Part shown: positions 1 to 8,027 of the stretch, piece after piece
Position numbering within the stretch: the first letter of the stretch is position 1
Layout: every line of letters begins with the position of its first letter
Source: a virus
Lineage: Duplodnaviria > Caudoviricetes
Direction: 5' to 3' (one strand)
DNA: 29,837 bases
Virus record (IMG/VR): IMGVR_UViG_3300049183_000003
Span: 1 to 29,837 of that record
The notes under the pieces: generated by a model
What the model was told of the DNA's origin: nothing
What the model saw: only the letters and a program-made list of their open reading frames with translations
Databases searched by the model: none
Position numbers and translations under genes: made by a program

Positions 1-558
1 CTGCTCGTAGGCTTGGCCGGCAGCATCGCCACCGGACAGCGCAGCACCAGCGGCCACACCGCCGGCCAGCGCCGCGCGCGCGCCGCCACCGATCATCCCG
101 GCGCCCTTGATGGCCACGCCTGGCGTCACGAAGGAGCCTGCCGCCTGGGCAGCAGACAGCACCGGGTTGCGCCCGATGTAGCCCAGCGTCGCGCCGATCT
201 CGCCGCCGATGCCGTCGGCCTGCTGCACCTCGCGCGCCAGGCGGGACTTCTCGGCCTTCACCTCGTCGGACTGCTTCGCCTCGCCGGCCTTGATGATGTG
301 CTCGTCGATGCCAGCGGAGAAGCGGTTGCCCGGGGCGATGAAGTCGCCCACGGCCTTGACGCCGCCGGCCACCGCGTTGGCGCCCTCGATCACGGTATCG
401 TTCACCGCGGCGAAGGCGTTGCGCTTGATCGGCTTCCAGCCCAGCGCGTCCTTCAGTTCGTCGACGCTGTAGTCGGGGTACTTGGATGCCTGCAGGCCAG
501 CCAGGATCTCGTCATCCGAGTAGCCCGGGTACTTCGCCCGAAGGCTGGCGAAGTCCAC
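1..558 (-). CDS. Probable large internal virion/DNA-ejection protein, N-terminal part (runs off window edge)
   Basis: Not in ORF track. GTG at 558 directly follows the TAA of the upstream gene. Open frame to base 1: MDFASLRAKYPGYSDDEILAGLQASKYPDYSVDELKDALGW... followed by Gly/Ala-rich segments. Last visible gene of the ejection operon. Confidence 0.7.
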   Translation of the reverse strand, partial: MDFASLRAKYPGYSDDEILAGLQASKYPDYSVDELKDALGWKPIKRNAFAAVNDTVIEGANAVAGGVKAVGDFIAPGNRFSAGIDEHIIKAGEAKQSDEVKAEKSRLAREVQQADGIGGEIGATLGYIGRNPVLSAAQAAGSFVTPGVAIKGAGMIGGGARAALAGGVAAGAALSGGDAAGQAYEQ

Positions 559-1743
559 TTAGAGCACGCCCGCCAGGAAGCGTTGGGCGCCGTTGCCGAG
601 GCGGCTTTCCGCCTCCTGGCGCAGCGCGGCCGCGGCCTGGGTCACGGCCTGGGTGTAGCGCTGGATCGACTGCTGATCGCCGGAGCGCGCCGCAGCCTGC
701 AGTTGCGCCCTGGCTTGGTCGTACTGCTGCTTGAGCGGTTGCAGCTCGGCGTAGATGCCTTGGTCGATCGCGCCCAGCGCGGGCGGCTGCGGCGCGGCCT
801 GCGGCACGTTGATCATGCCGGCGGCCGCCGGTTTCTTCTCCGCGGCCGCGCGCTCGGCGCGCTTCGCGTCCATGGCGGCCTTGATGGGGTCGCCCTCGTC
901 AGCCTTGGCCTGCCCGGGCTTGCGCACTTCCTTGCGCGTGGTCGTGGTCTCGCTGCCGGTGCTGGGGTCGACCTTCTTGTCCACGACGGTCACGGTGTCC
1001 AACTCTGGGTCGCGTGCCGCGCGCTGCTTGCCGCCCATGGCGATCAGGCGCTCGTCGATCACCGCCAGCTTCTTCTTGCGGTCCTCGTCGCTGATGGCCT
1101 GGTCGTTGAGGATGGTGTCTGCCTCGGCCTTCAGCTTGTTCACCAACTTCAGGCCGGAGGTCTGCTCGCGCGCCTGCTCGGCATGGGCGCTGCTGTTCGC
1201 GGCGCTGGCGTAGCTGGCCGCGGCGGCTGCGGCGCTCTGCGCAATGCGCGCCTTCACCTCCGGGTCGGCCAGTTTGATCGCGGTCTGCGCCTTCATGAAG
1301 TCGGGGTCTGCGGCCGCGGCCTTGGTGGCTTCGCGCTGGCTCTGCGCGGTGGCCGCGGCGTCCTTGGCTGCCTTGTCGCGCAGGTAGTCGCCGGTGATCA
1401 TGCCCTCGGTCACCGTGGCGCGGCCCTTGCGCTCGGCGTCACGGGTGGCGCCTGTGGTCAGCGCCTCCTGATACGCGGCATCGCCCTGACCCGCCACCAC
1501 ACCGGCGCGCTGCCCGGCAGCGGAAGCCTCTGCAGCCGCACGGCTGTCCTGCGAAGCAAGCTCGCGCAGCATGCCGCGGCGCGTCGGGTCGTTGGTGTAC
1601 TGGTCCATGCGCACCATGTTCTGGTGCTGCAGGTCGGCCAGCGTCTTGGCGCGGTTGGCGGCAATCTCCTCGTCCACGTATTTCGCCGCAATCGACGACA
1701 CACCAGCGCCAAAGCCAGCAAGAGCGCGCCCGAACATGCTCAT
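559..1743 (-). CDS. Probable internal virion/ejection protein (394 aa, Ala/Gln-rich, helical)
   Basis: ATG at 1743 overlaps upstream TGA (ATGA). Starts MSMFGRALAGFGAGVSSIA; low-complexity coiled-coil composition; lies after tail genes. Confidence 0.65.
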   Translation of the reverse strand: MSMFGRALAGFGAGVSSIAAKYVDEEIAANRAKTLADLQHQNMVRMDQYTNDPTRRGMLRELASQDSRAAAEASAAGQRAGVVAGQGDAAYQEALTTGATRDAERKGRATVTEGMITGDYLRDKAAKDAAATAQSQREATKAAAADPDFMKAQTAIKLADPEVKARIAQSAAAAAASYASAANSSAHAEQAREQTSGLKLVNKLKAEADTILNDQAISDEDRKKKLAVIDERLIAMGGKQRAARDPELDTVTVVDKKVDPSTGSETTTTRKEVRKPGQAKADEGDPIKAAMDAKRAERAAAEKKPAAAGMINVPQAAPQPPALGAIDQGIYAELQPLKQQYDQARAQLQAAARSGDQQSIQRYTQAVTQAAAALRQEAESRLGNGAQRFLAGVL

Positions 1744-2189
1744 TTGAACCTCACTGTGTCGACGCCAAGCCCGGCGTAGTCGCTGCGCTTCATCGCAATC
1801 GCGACGGCGCGCCGCGCATCGGCACCGCCCTCCAGCGCACCCCATGCGAAGTCCTGGCCGCCGCCGAAGGCGTAGACGCGCTCGCGCATCTGGCTGTAGA
1901 ACAGGTCGCTTCCGAGTTGCCACACCCGTCGCTGCTCGTCGATCACCAGCGCGCATTGGTTGCCAAGCTCATCGGGCTTCAGAAACGCCAGCGGGTCCGG
2001 CCGTGCGCCCCCGCGCATCCATGCGAGCACCGCCAGCGCAAATGTCCCGCTGCCAGCGAACGCCACGAGGAACGTCCGGCCATCAGCCGCACGCACCTTG
2101 AATACTTTGCGCACTCGCCGCCGAGCACCGCCGGACCAAGAGCAACAGTCAGCGGCCAGCGTCTTGCCATCCCATGCGATCGTGGTCAC
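1740..2189 (-). CDS. Ntn-hydrolase, HslV/proteasome beta-subunit-like Thr peptidase (149 aa)
   Basis: (M)TTIAW N-terminal Thr, AAD (Asp17 equivalent), RKVF (Lys33 equivalent), VAFAGS, and AFGGG at the position of the usual aiGSG. Coupled at both ends (GTGA, ATGA). Confidence 0.8.
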   Translation of the reverse strand: MTTIAWDGKTLAADCCSWSGGARRRVRKVFKVRAADGRTFLVAFAGSGTFALAVLAWMRGGARPDPLAFLKPDELGNQCALVIDEQRRVWQLGSDLFYSQMRERVYAFGGGQDFAWGALEGGADARRAVAIAMKRSDYAGLGVDTVRFK

Positions 2190-2713
2190 TGAGCCGCCCT
2201 AGCCGCCGGCATCGGCGCTGCCGGCGGCTGCGCACCCTGCCCGGCCGCATCCAGCCCGTTGACGATCTCGTCATCGCTCGCGCCCATCTTCCGGGCGATG
2301 TGCCACACGGCCATCGTGCACGCGGCCTTAAAGTCTTCATCGGACACCGGCTGCTTCGCGGCTTGCAGAATCTCCGCGGCCTCGCCCAGCAGTTCCACCG
2401 CAGCCCACGGGAGCGCTTCGATCGGCAGCGGCTTCTTCTGGTCCATCACCAGCAGCAGGCCCACCACAGATTCGGCCAGCTTCTTCGGCACCGGCTCCTG
2501 GCTCTGCACCACCTCAAGGATCTGCTCGCGCATCTCCGGGGCGTACATCACCTTCATGCCTGCGGCGACGATGCGCGCCACGGCGTCCTGCTGCTCGGGC
2601 GGGATCGCGCCGCTGATGTCGGGCCGCTGGAAGCCGCCGCCTGCCGGGGGTGCGCCGGCTGCTTGCCGGGGGTCTGCCGGCGCCTGGCCGGGGATGTCGA
2701 TCATGCCGGCCAT
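2186..2713 (-). CDS. Hypothetical virion-associated protein (175 aa), starts MAGMID
   Basis: Clean ORF one base after the upstream stop; helical core with Pro/Ala-rich ends; sits in the ejection operon. Confidence 0.7.
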   Translation of the reverse strand: MAGMIDIPGQAPADPRQAAGAPPAGGGFQRPDISGAIPPEQQDAVARIVAAGMKVMYAPEMREQILEVVQSQEPVPKKLAESVVGLLLVMDQKKPLPIEALPWAAVELLGEAAEILQAAKQPVSDEDFKAACTMAVWHIARKMGASDDEIVNGLDAAGQGAQPPAAPMPAARAAQ

Positions 2714-2718
2714 GTCAG
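2696..2718. repeat. 23-nt exact direct repeat, copy 1 (GTCGATCATGCCGGCCATGTCAG)
   Basis: Identical to 5355-5377. On the minus strand it reads stop TGA + C + ATG GCC GGC ATG ATC GAC. Confidence 0.95.
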
Positions 2719-3419
2719 CCCTTCCCGAGTTGCGTGCCGATCATGCCGAGCTGGCCGAGCGGGACGATGGTGTTGGCGTTCCTGCGGCGGCGCTCCTGCT
2801 CCTTGCGCTGCATGTCCAGCGCTTCGGCTTCGGGGCCGAACATGCCCTGCAGCATCTGGCCGCTGATCTGGAACAACTCCTTGTTCTGCTTCACGACACC
2901 GCCCACCTTGTTCAGCCAGTCGAGCGCTCCGGTAGTGCTTGATGCGCCAGTGGCGGCCGCATCCGTCGCCAGCGCCTGCCCACCCGTGGCGAGTGAGTTG
3001 CCCGCCTGACCGTACGCGACCGCGGGACTGACTTCGGCGGCCGCCGCGCCCAGGTTCGAACCCAGGGTCGACGTGCCGAGCGCATCTCCAGTCTGAGCGG
3101 CTGCGTTGGCTGCGTTGTTGGTCAGGGCCTGATTGCCGGCGCCCTCGGCAATGGCCGTGTTGGCAGTTGCTTCGGTGGCCGCTTCGGTCGTCGCGCCCTC
3201 GGCGGCCGCAGCGGTCCCACCGCCGGCAAGCCCGGCACCGAAGCCCATGATGCCGCCCAGGATCATCAGGTCTTTCTTCTTCGTGACGGCACCGACGGTG
3301 GTCAGCACGGCGCCCGCAATGGCGACGTACGAAGCGAGCGTGGCAGTGCCTGCTGCGACAGCAGCCACAGCGCCCGCTGCGCCTGCCCATGCAACTACGA
3401 CTGGAATTATCATCGGCAT
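2715..3419 (-). CDS. Probable small DNA-ejection/pilot protein (234 aa)
   Basis: Hydrophobic Gly/Ala-rich N-terminus with two TM-like stretches and charged C-terminus; directly downstream of the GNAT gene, as is common in podovirus ejection modules. AAGGA RBS upstream. Confidence 0.65.
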   Translation of the reverse strand: MPMIIPVVVAWAGAAGAVAAVAAGTATLASYVAIAGAVLTTVGAVTKKKDLMILGGIMGFGAGLAGGGTAAAAEGATTEAATEATANTAIAEGAGNQALTNNAANAAAQTGDALGTSTLGSNLGAAAAEVSPAVAYGQAGNSLATGGQALATDAAATGASSTTGALDWLNKVGGVVKQNKELFQISGQMLQGMFGPEAEALDMQRKEQERRRRNANTIVPLGQLGMIGTQLGKG

Positions 3420-3429
3420 AACGTTTCCT

Positions 3430-3888
3430 TTACGCGGCCACTTCTTTGTAGAAAACGGTCATCTGCAGTTCATCGGTGGCGCGTCCGCGTCCGCACATCC
3501 GCGCCAGCCGCTGCACGCTCGGCCTCATTCCTGGGTTGTGCACCCACGACACGCGCTGCACCATAAAGTGATCGTCCATCCACGTCAGCAGCCCTGACAG
3601 CAGTTGCCTGCCCACCCCGTAGCGCGTCGCGTACAGCGCGAAGATGTGTGCCTCACAGCGCTGGAAGTACGCCATCTCTGCCATGGCCGCGGCGATCACG
3701 CCCACCAGTTCGCCGCCATCCACCGCGATGCGGTGATAGTCGGTCGGCGAGTTCATGAAGTGCTCGATCGCCCCGCGCAACTTGGGCCGCGAGTAGATGA
3801 CCGGGTAGCGCTCGGGCTGCAGGCCCTGCTCCGCGAACCGCGCGACAGACTCGAAGTCGTCGGCGGTCATGCGGCGGAAGTCGATCAC
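3430..3888 (-). CDS. GNAT-family acyltransferase (152 aa)
   Basis: FRRMTADD start, 'IAVDGGELVGVI' strand pair, acetyl-CoA-binding-like 'TRYGVGRQLL'. Confidence 0.75.
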   Translation of the reverse strand: MIDFRRMTADDFESVARFAEQGLQPERYPVIYSRPKLRGAIEHFMNSPTDYHRIAVDGGELVGVIAAAMAEMAYFQRCEAHIFALYATRYGVGRQLLSGLLTWMDDHFMVQRVSWVHNPGMRPSVQRLARMCGRGRATDELQMTVFYKEVAA

Positions 3889-5372
3889 ATCGGGCCTGTG
3901 CCAACGCCAGCAGCATCGCCGTCGGCGTTCGTTCCAACGCCACTGTCGGCGGCGCCATCGCCGCTGCTGTCGTAGCGGCCGTCACGCATCCATGGATCGA
4001 TCGGCGGCGGCGGTGGCGCAGTGGGCATCGTGATGCCGAAGCTCAGCAGCGCATCGATGTTGATGCCGGCCATGGCGTTCCACGTCTTCGCGTAGGACTG
4101 GAAGCCGTTGATGACGTTCTGGATCGCGCTGGCCTTGGCGGTGGCGTCCATGTCGTTATTGCCCTGAATCTTGCCCACCTCCGACAGCATCGTGCCCCAG
4201 GCGTTGCTGATGTTGGTCTCGCGATTGATCTGGTTCTTGTACTTCGCCTCGACATCGGCCAGCGCCAGGCGGTTGTCCGCGTCCATCTTCGCGAGGTCGA
4301 TGCGGCCGGCCAGTTCTGCCACGTGCTGGCGCGCGGCTTGGTCGAGCTTGTCCTGCTCCAGCTTCAGGCCGGCGAAATACTGCTTCTGCTGCTCGGTGAA
4401 CTTCGATTCGTCCAGGCCGAACTGCTGCTGGAATTGCTGGATCTGCGCGGCGATCTTCTGGCGCTCGATCGTCGCGGAGGTCGTGAACTGCCGATCGTCC
4501 TGCGCCAACTTGCGGTCGCCAAGCCCGATCTCCTGGCCGGCGGTGTACATCTGCGCGCGGCGGTTCAGGTCCGCGGCCGCCACCTGGTTCTGCTGGTCGG
4601 CATTGAAGCGGCCCGACTCCGCGTAGATCGCGGCGTCCGTCTTGGCAATGTCCGACGCGTGGTCGATCAGCGCGTTCTGGCTCGACTGGATGCCCTGGCT
4701 GCTGTTGAGCATGCCGCGGCTGTTGGCGTTGGCCAGCCCGCGCGCGGCGGCGCGGCGCATGTCGACGCTGTTGCTGTCGAGCATGCCGCCCATCAGGCCC
4801 TGCGTGGTGCGGCCCGGGTCCACGCTCCACTGCGCGGCCGGTGCCGGCGCCTTGCTGATGTAGGAGTTGAACCAGTCGTTCAGCATCGACTGCTGCGGGC
4901 TGGGCGCAGGGGCTGGCGTCTGCGTCTGCACCTTTGCATCCGTCGCCGGCTGGGTGACGTTTTCGCGGATCCAGTTCGCAGCGGTGTGCTGCCCGAGACC
5001 AAGCGCCTGGTCGATGCGATCCGGCGCCACGCCGTAGGTCTGCATCTCGCGATAGACCCCGTGCGGGTCGTTCACAGAGCCATTGCCGTCGACGAACCCC
5101 TTGCTGCGCAGGTGATTGGCGATCTGCTCGTTCGAATACCCTGCCGGCGCAGGCGATGGCGCGGGCGTAGATGCTTGAGTTGCGCCGCCCGACTTCGGAT
5201 CGATCCACCCCCAGCCGGTGGCCTTGTTGAGCCGGTCGGTGCTGACCCCGTAGGTCTGCATCTCGCTCTGGATGCCCTGCGGGTTGATCGCTTTGCCACT
5301 CTGGTCGACGTACCCCTTGGACTTCAGGTGCCCGGTGATCTGGTCGTCGGTGAAGTCGATCATGCCGGCCAT
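3885..5372 (-). CDS. Probable internal virion/ejection protein (495 aa), starts MAGMID, with N-terminal tandem repeat
   Basis: ATG at 5372 one base after upstream TGA; Gln/Ala-rich coiled coil, 'NSRGMLNSS' segment, two ~50-aa repeats. Confidence 0.7.
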   Translation of the reverse strand: MAGMIDFTDDQITGHLKSKGYVDQSGKAINPQGIQSEMQTYGVSTDRLNKATGWGWIDPKSGGATQASTPAPSPAPAGYSNEQIANHLRSKGFVDGNGSVNDPHGVYREMQTYGVAPDRIDQALGLGQHTAANWIRENVTQPATDAKVQTQTPAPAPSPQQSMLNDWFNSYISKAPAPAAQWSVDPGRTTQGLMGGMLDSNSVDMRRAAARGLANANSRGMLNSSQGIQSSQNALIDHASDIAKTDAAIYAESGRFNADQQNQVAAADLNRRAQMYTAGQEIGLGDRKLAQDDRQFTTSATIERQKIAAQIQQFQQQFGLDESKFTEQQKQYFAGLKLEQDKLDQAARQHVAELAGRIDLAKMDADNRLALADVEAKYKNQINRETNISNAWGTMLSEVGKIQGNNDMDATAKASAIQNVINGFQSYAKTWNAMAGINIDALLSFGITMPTAPPPPPIDPWMRDGRYDSSGDGAADSGVGTNADGDAAGVGTGPM

Positions 5373-5377
5373 GTCAG
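5355..5377. repeat. 23-nt exact direct repeat, copy 2
   Basis: Identical to 2696-2718. Confidence 0.95.
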
Positions 5378-5610
5378 TGGTACTCCGTCGGCAGGTAGAA
5401 GCGCGCACGCTCACGATCGAAGGCATTCCGGCAGTGGTTGTCCTGCCAGAAGAAGATGCAGTTGATGACCGGCATCAGCCAGCCCATCGGCTTGTCGTCG
5501 CGGTGCAGCCGGTACGCGTGCGCGGAGATCGACTCGTCGCACGAGCCGCCGCACAGCGCGTTGACGAACTGGTCGAAGGCCACGGCCACGTTGCCCATGT
5601 AGTTCAGCAT
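5374..5610 (-). CDS. Conserved small phage protein (78 aa), tail-fibre-adjacent
   Basis: Pattern DQxxNAxxGGxxDEsIS...IFFWQxNHC, which I recognise in small phage hypothetical proteins; GGAG RBS upstream. Confidence 0.7.
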   Translation of the reverse strand: MLNYMGNVAVAFDQFVNALCGGSCDESISAHAYRLHRDDKPMGWLMPVINCIFFWQDNHCRNAFDRERARFYLPTEYH

Positions 5611-5619
5611 CTGGATCTC

Positions 5620-6021
5620 CTACAGCGCCGCTGCGGCGATGAAAAGCGCATCGATCGTTTCGTCGTCCAGCTCAAGCAGCGGGCCCAGCGTGGACACCAG
5701 GCCGTTGTGCCGCTCGACCATCGACGAGTAGTCCCAGGCGATGCGCGCCGCGGTGCGCACCAGGCCTTCGGGCAGGCCGTCGATCGCGGCCTCCACGTCA
5801 TCCAACTTGCCGGCGCCAAGCAGGGCAAGGCGGGCCTGGCGCATGGTCACTTCGGTGGGAACTGCCACCGGGTCGGCCGCGGTCTCGACGTAGGCGCCGC
5901 TGCTCGGGCGCGGATCCAGCCACACCTGATCAGCGCTGACGAAGGTGTCATCGTCAGTCGCGGTGATGGCGGTCGTTGCCGTGCCGGCGGTGTCACCGCC
6001 AGCGGTCTTGAGCACGTACAT
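5620..6021 (-). CDS. Probable tail-fibre assembly/chaperone protein (133 aa)
   Basis: ATG at 6021 overlaps fibre stop (TGATG). C-terminal 'VPTEVTMRQARLAL...W...IDALFIAAAAL' domain typical of genes following tail fibres. Confidence 0.65.
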   Translation of the reverse strand: MYVLKTAGGDTAGTATTAITATDDDTFVSADQVWLDPRPSSGAYVETAADPVAVPTEVTMRQARLALLGAGKLDDVEAAIDGLPEGLVRTAARIAWDYSSMVERHNGLVSTLGPLLELDDETIDALFIAAAAL

Positions 6022-8027
6022 CAGGCGACTCCGGCGTAACGGTAGACCTGGCCGGTGCCGGCCCGGCCGAAGAGCGCATAGGTCTTGGTGAGCGAGGTAC
6101 GGAACCACGTGCCATTGCCAGGCACGCCGCCATGCCCGCCGCTCAGCAGGTTGGCGTCAAGAGCCGACGACAGCACGGAGATCCCGGAGCCGGTCACCGA
6201 ATACAGCGTGCCGCCGGTGCTCGATGCAGCAACGGCCACGTTGGTGCCGTCGTAGGACAGGCCCGGCGTCAGGTCGAACGACACCGAAGCGAGCGCGGTG
6301 CCGTTGACGCTCGGCGTCGTGCCGCTCACGCCGACCGAATACAGGTGCCCGACGCTAGCCGAGCCCATGTGCACGCACAGCAGCGAGCTGGTGAGCTTGA
6401 CGGCCGCAGCGCGCGGCGAGGTGCCGGTGTTGTTGCCCAGGCTGACGCTCGCGTTGTGCGTTGGCGTCGCGGCGCCTGCAATGGACACCACGCGCACCGC
6501 GGTAGCGCCCGAGGTGATCCCGTGCGCCAACAGCACGTTGGTGCTGTCGATCGCGGCCACAGCCACTGAACCCTGCGCCACAGCCGTGCTGGTGTTGCTG
6601 TTCACCGTCAGCGTTGGGCCGCCACTGGCCGTCAGCACGACGGAACGCAAGGAGTCCACGCTGTTGTCCGTGGTGCTCACGCCCAGCAGGAACTTGGTCG
6701 CGGCGAACGAGGTGAGCCGCAGTTGCGTCGCGCTGGTGCTGAAACTCGTCCCGCTCGATGCTGTGACACGCGAACTGAGGTTGATGGTCGGCGGCCCGGC
6801 GCTCAGGAACACCGCCCAGGCGCCGATGCCGTTCGCCGCATCAAGCACAGCGATCACGCCCCACGAGCCACCGTCGCCCACGAAGTCAAAGCCGGTGGCC
6901 GACGGATAACCGCCGCCGGCCGGCCCGGTCACGACAGTGCTCAGACTGCCGATCGTGACGGTCGTGCCGCTCACGGTCATGGGGACGACCTTCACCACGG
7001 CGCCGCTGCCAGCGTCGGGCTTGACGTAGGCGAACGCATAGCCGGTACTGATGGCCACGAGACGAGACTGCTCTGCCGCATCGGCCGCCAGCGTGACCGC
7101 CGTCCCCTTGGTGATCGTCGCCGGGCCAATGGAGGCCGTGGCGATGGTGACCACGTAGGCATGCAGCGTCGTGCCCACGATGCCGACGCACAGATACTTG
7201 TCCGACCCCAGCGCCAGGGTCTGCACGTGCGTGCCGCTGGACAGGATGGTGGTGTTCGGCCCGATCACCTGCGGCACCGCCGGCATGGCCTCGAAGCCGC
7301 CGCCGCTGTACGACGGGCGCCAGCGCTTCCACGCCCCCGCCGCGGTGCCGATGTCCGTGCACAGGTACATCGTCACCCGGTCGTCTGCGCCCAGGTCGTT
7401 GCTCGAGATCAGCGCGCCGGTCGAGTCCTCGATGCCGAAGGTGTTGGTGGTGTTGGCCGCGAAGCCAAACGTGAAGGTTTCGCCCAGCGCCAGCGTGGTC
7501 GCGTCAGGCAGGCGGAACACCTGGCCATACGTCGCGCTGGTGCAGTCCAGGATGCGCGCCGACGTGCTCAGCGCGGTGCTGGTCGTCAGCGCGGTGTACG
7601 CGCCTAGGCCTCCGACCATGCGCGCCCACGATTCCACCGTGCCGTTGGTGGTCAGGTACTTGCCGCTGTGCCCGGTCTGCGAGGCGATCGGCAGCGCCCA
7701 GCTCGCGCTGGTGCCGTTGGTCCACAGCACCTTGCCGCCGTGCGTGAGCTGCGAGGGCAGGCCCACGGTCAGCGAGCCGATGAGCGAGTTGACCCAGGCC
7801 GTCGTCGGGATCTGCGTGGTATCGGTCGACAGGGCTGGCGTCGGCGCCGTCGGCGTGCCGGTGAAGGCCGGCGATGCAAGCGGGGCGAATTCCTCGGCCT
7901 CGATGGCGTCGAACGCTTCGCCGATCGCATCGAACGCGTCGTTCAGTTTCCCCGCGCGCGCCAGCTCAGCGCCGAAGCGCTCCGACGCCGAGCGATCCGA
8001 CCAGGAGAAATACGGGTTCGTGGCCAT
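6021..8027 (-). CDS. Tail fibre / receptor-binding protein (668 aa)
   Basis: ATG at 8027 (MATNPYF, TGATG overlap). APLASPAFTGTPTAPT fibre motif, two SQxxHxGKxLxTNGTxxSW repeats, Ser/Thr/Gly-rich beta-repeat C-terminus. Confidence 0.85.
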   Translation of the reverse strand: MATNPYFSWSDRSASERFGAELARAGKLNDAFDAIGEAFDAIEAEEFAPLASPAFTGTPTAPTPALSTDTTQIPTTAWVNSLIGSLTVGLPSQLTHGGKVLWTNGTSASWALPIASQTGHSGKYLTTNGTVESWARMVGGLGAYTALTTSTALSTSARILDCTSATYGQVFRLPDATTLALGETFTFGFAANTTNTFGIEDSTGALISSNDLGADDRVTMYLCTDIGTAAGAWKRWRPSYSGGGFEAMPAVPQVIGPNTTILSSGTHVQTLALGSDKYLCVGIVGTTLHAYVVTIATASIGPATITKGTAVTLAADAAEQSRLVAISTGYAFAYVKPDAGSGAVVKVVPMTVSGTTVTIGSLSTVVTGPAGGGYPSATGFDFVGDGGSWGVIAVLDAANGIGAWAVFLSAGPPTINLSSRVTASSGTSFSTSATQLRLTSFAATKFLLGVSTTDNSVDSLRSVVLTASGGPTLTVNSNTSTAVAQGSVAVAAIDSTNVLLAHGITSGATAVRVVSIAGAATPTHNASVSLGNNTGTSPRAAAVKLTSSLLCVHMGSASVGHLYSVGVSGTTPSVNGTALASVSFDLTPGLSYDGTNVAVAASSTGGTLYSVTGSGISVLSSALDANLLSGGHGGVPGNGTWFRTSLTKTYALFGRAGTGQVYRYAGVA

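Noticed and set aside
13-1779. 588-aa plus-strand ORF (and similar long plus ORFs at 4323-5465, 7874-9583, 12301-13629, 14644-16803)
   Set aside because: Antisense shadows of GC-rich minus-strand genes; no motifs, and the minus genes have recognisable products and coupled junctions.
6021-8027. Diversity-generating retroelement target in the tail fibre
   Set aside because: No reverse transcriptase and no template/variable repeat pair seen in the window.
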